DNA of 63,133 nt, counting the filler. It is 8 parts of 8 records of this genome, joined end to end, with 100 filler letters (N's around TTAATTAATTAA, not from the genome) between each part and the next. Parts side by side here need not be neighbours in the genome. Positions count along the whole stretch, not along the records: positions 56,642 to 63,133 come from SRR31147125_29607; 7 more parts are not named here. One strand, 5' to 3'. A program made the position numbers and the translations under genes. The notes under the pieces are model-generated. The model made no database searches. It had not been told where the DNA came from and worked only from the letters and a program-made list of their open reading frames with translations. Shown here piece after piece: positions 62,668-63,133 of this stretch; the stretch's first letter is position 1, and every line of letters begins with the position of its first letter.

Positions 62668-62805
62668 GCTCCTTGTAAACAGGGAGTAATAGTGATAAAA
62701 TGATTTAAGCTATAGAATTTAATGAGTAGTATAGCTTTGAAAGTAGCGTAATATTAAAGATAGAACAAAGTACTTAAAAAAGGGTTGAGTAAATTGAGGC
62801 AGAAA

Positions 62806-63133
62806 ATGGTGAAGATACAAGATAATGATAATTATAGAATAGTAGTAATTAGTGATATACATGGACACCTTAATCATTTGAAGAGTTTATTAGAAAGAGT
62901 TGACTTAAGAGAAACTGATTATCTGATAATTCTTGGAGACTTTATAAATAAGGGGCCTGAAAGTTATAACACGTATAAATATATGCAAGAATTAGAAAAA
63001 AGAGAAAGAACAATAATCCTAAAGGGAAACCATGAGTATTTCATATACTATGGTTTAACAAATAGAGAGTTTTCAGATAGATTTTTTAACTATCTAAAAG
63101 AGGGACATTTCTCTACAATAGTAGAAGATTTTT
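62806..63133 (+). CDS. Metallophosphoesterase (PPP-like Ser/Thr phosphatase), runs off the window
   Basis: SDIHG, LGDFINKG and KGNHE motifs. Confidence 0.9.
   Translation, partial: MVKIQDNDNYRIVVISDIHGHLNHLKSLLERVDLRETDYLIILGDFINKGPESYNTYKYMQELEKRERTIILKGNHEYFIYYGLTNREFSDRFFNYLKEGHFSTIVEDF

Noticed and set aside
1-63133. CRISPR array, tRNA, rRNA, integrase, reverse transcriptase or known anti-phage genes
   Set aside because: No regularly spaced repeats or recognisable motifs were seen by eye

Overview
This window is not one locus. It is eight unrelated contigs joined by 100-bp artificial linkers (44 N + TTAATTAATTAA + 44 N), as in a concatenated metagenome. (1) 1-10121: Clostridia-like DeoR-regulated sugar/polyol operon (FGGY kinase, class II aldolase, DhaK/DhaL, ABC transporter, Zn dehydrogenase). 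(2) 10222-16048: sugar ABC permeases, a GH27/36-like hydrolase, an MFS transporter and a LacI regulator. (3) 16149-22303: higher-GC, Deltaproteobacteria-like contig with an IS91 remnant and a co-oriented protease cluster (DUF4384 protein with a possible caspase tail, stand-alone propeptide-like lipoprotein, S8 subtilase, PrsW, lipoprotein). (4) 22404-27684: Mollicutes/Acholeplasmatales-like polC region. (5) 27785-37613: Bacteroidota PUL (HTCS, SusC/SusD, GH29, GH20). (6) 37714-44311: AT-rich type IV pilus locus with a PilGHI-like ABC module and a highly structured ~440-nt intergenic element. (7) 44412-56541: Acholeplasmatales-like glmS-glmM-glmU, CpsC/D/B, an ABC-F with a uORF leader, anmK and a GHL10 hydrolase. 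(8) 56642-63133: DUF2089/DUF4097 SHOCT-like envelope-stress operon and neighbours. Several genes are split by single-base homopolymer indels that look like sequencing errors. The best candidate for an undescribed system is the protease cluster of contig 3, which includes a free-standing homologue of the subtilase's own pro-domain. Taxonomic and family assignments come from motif recognition only; no searches were run.
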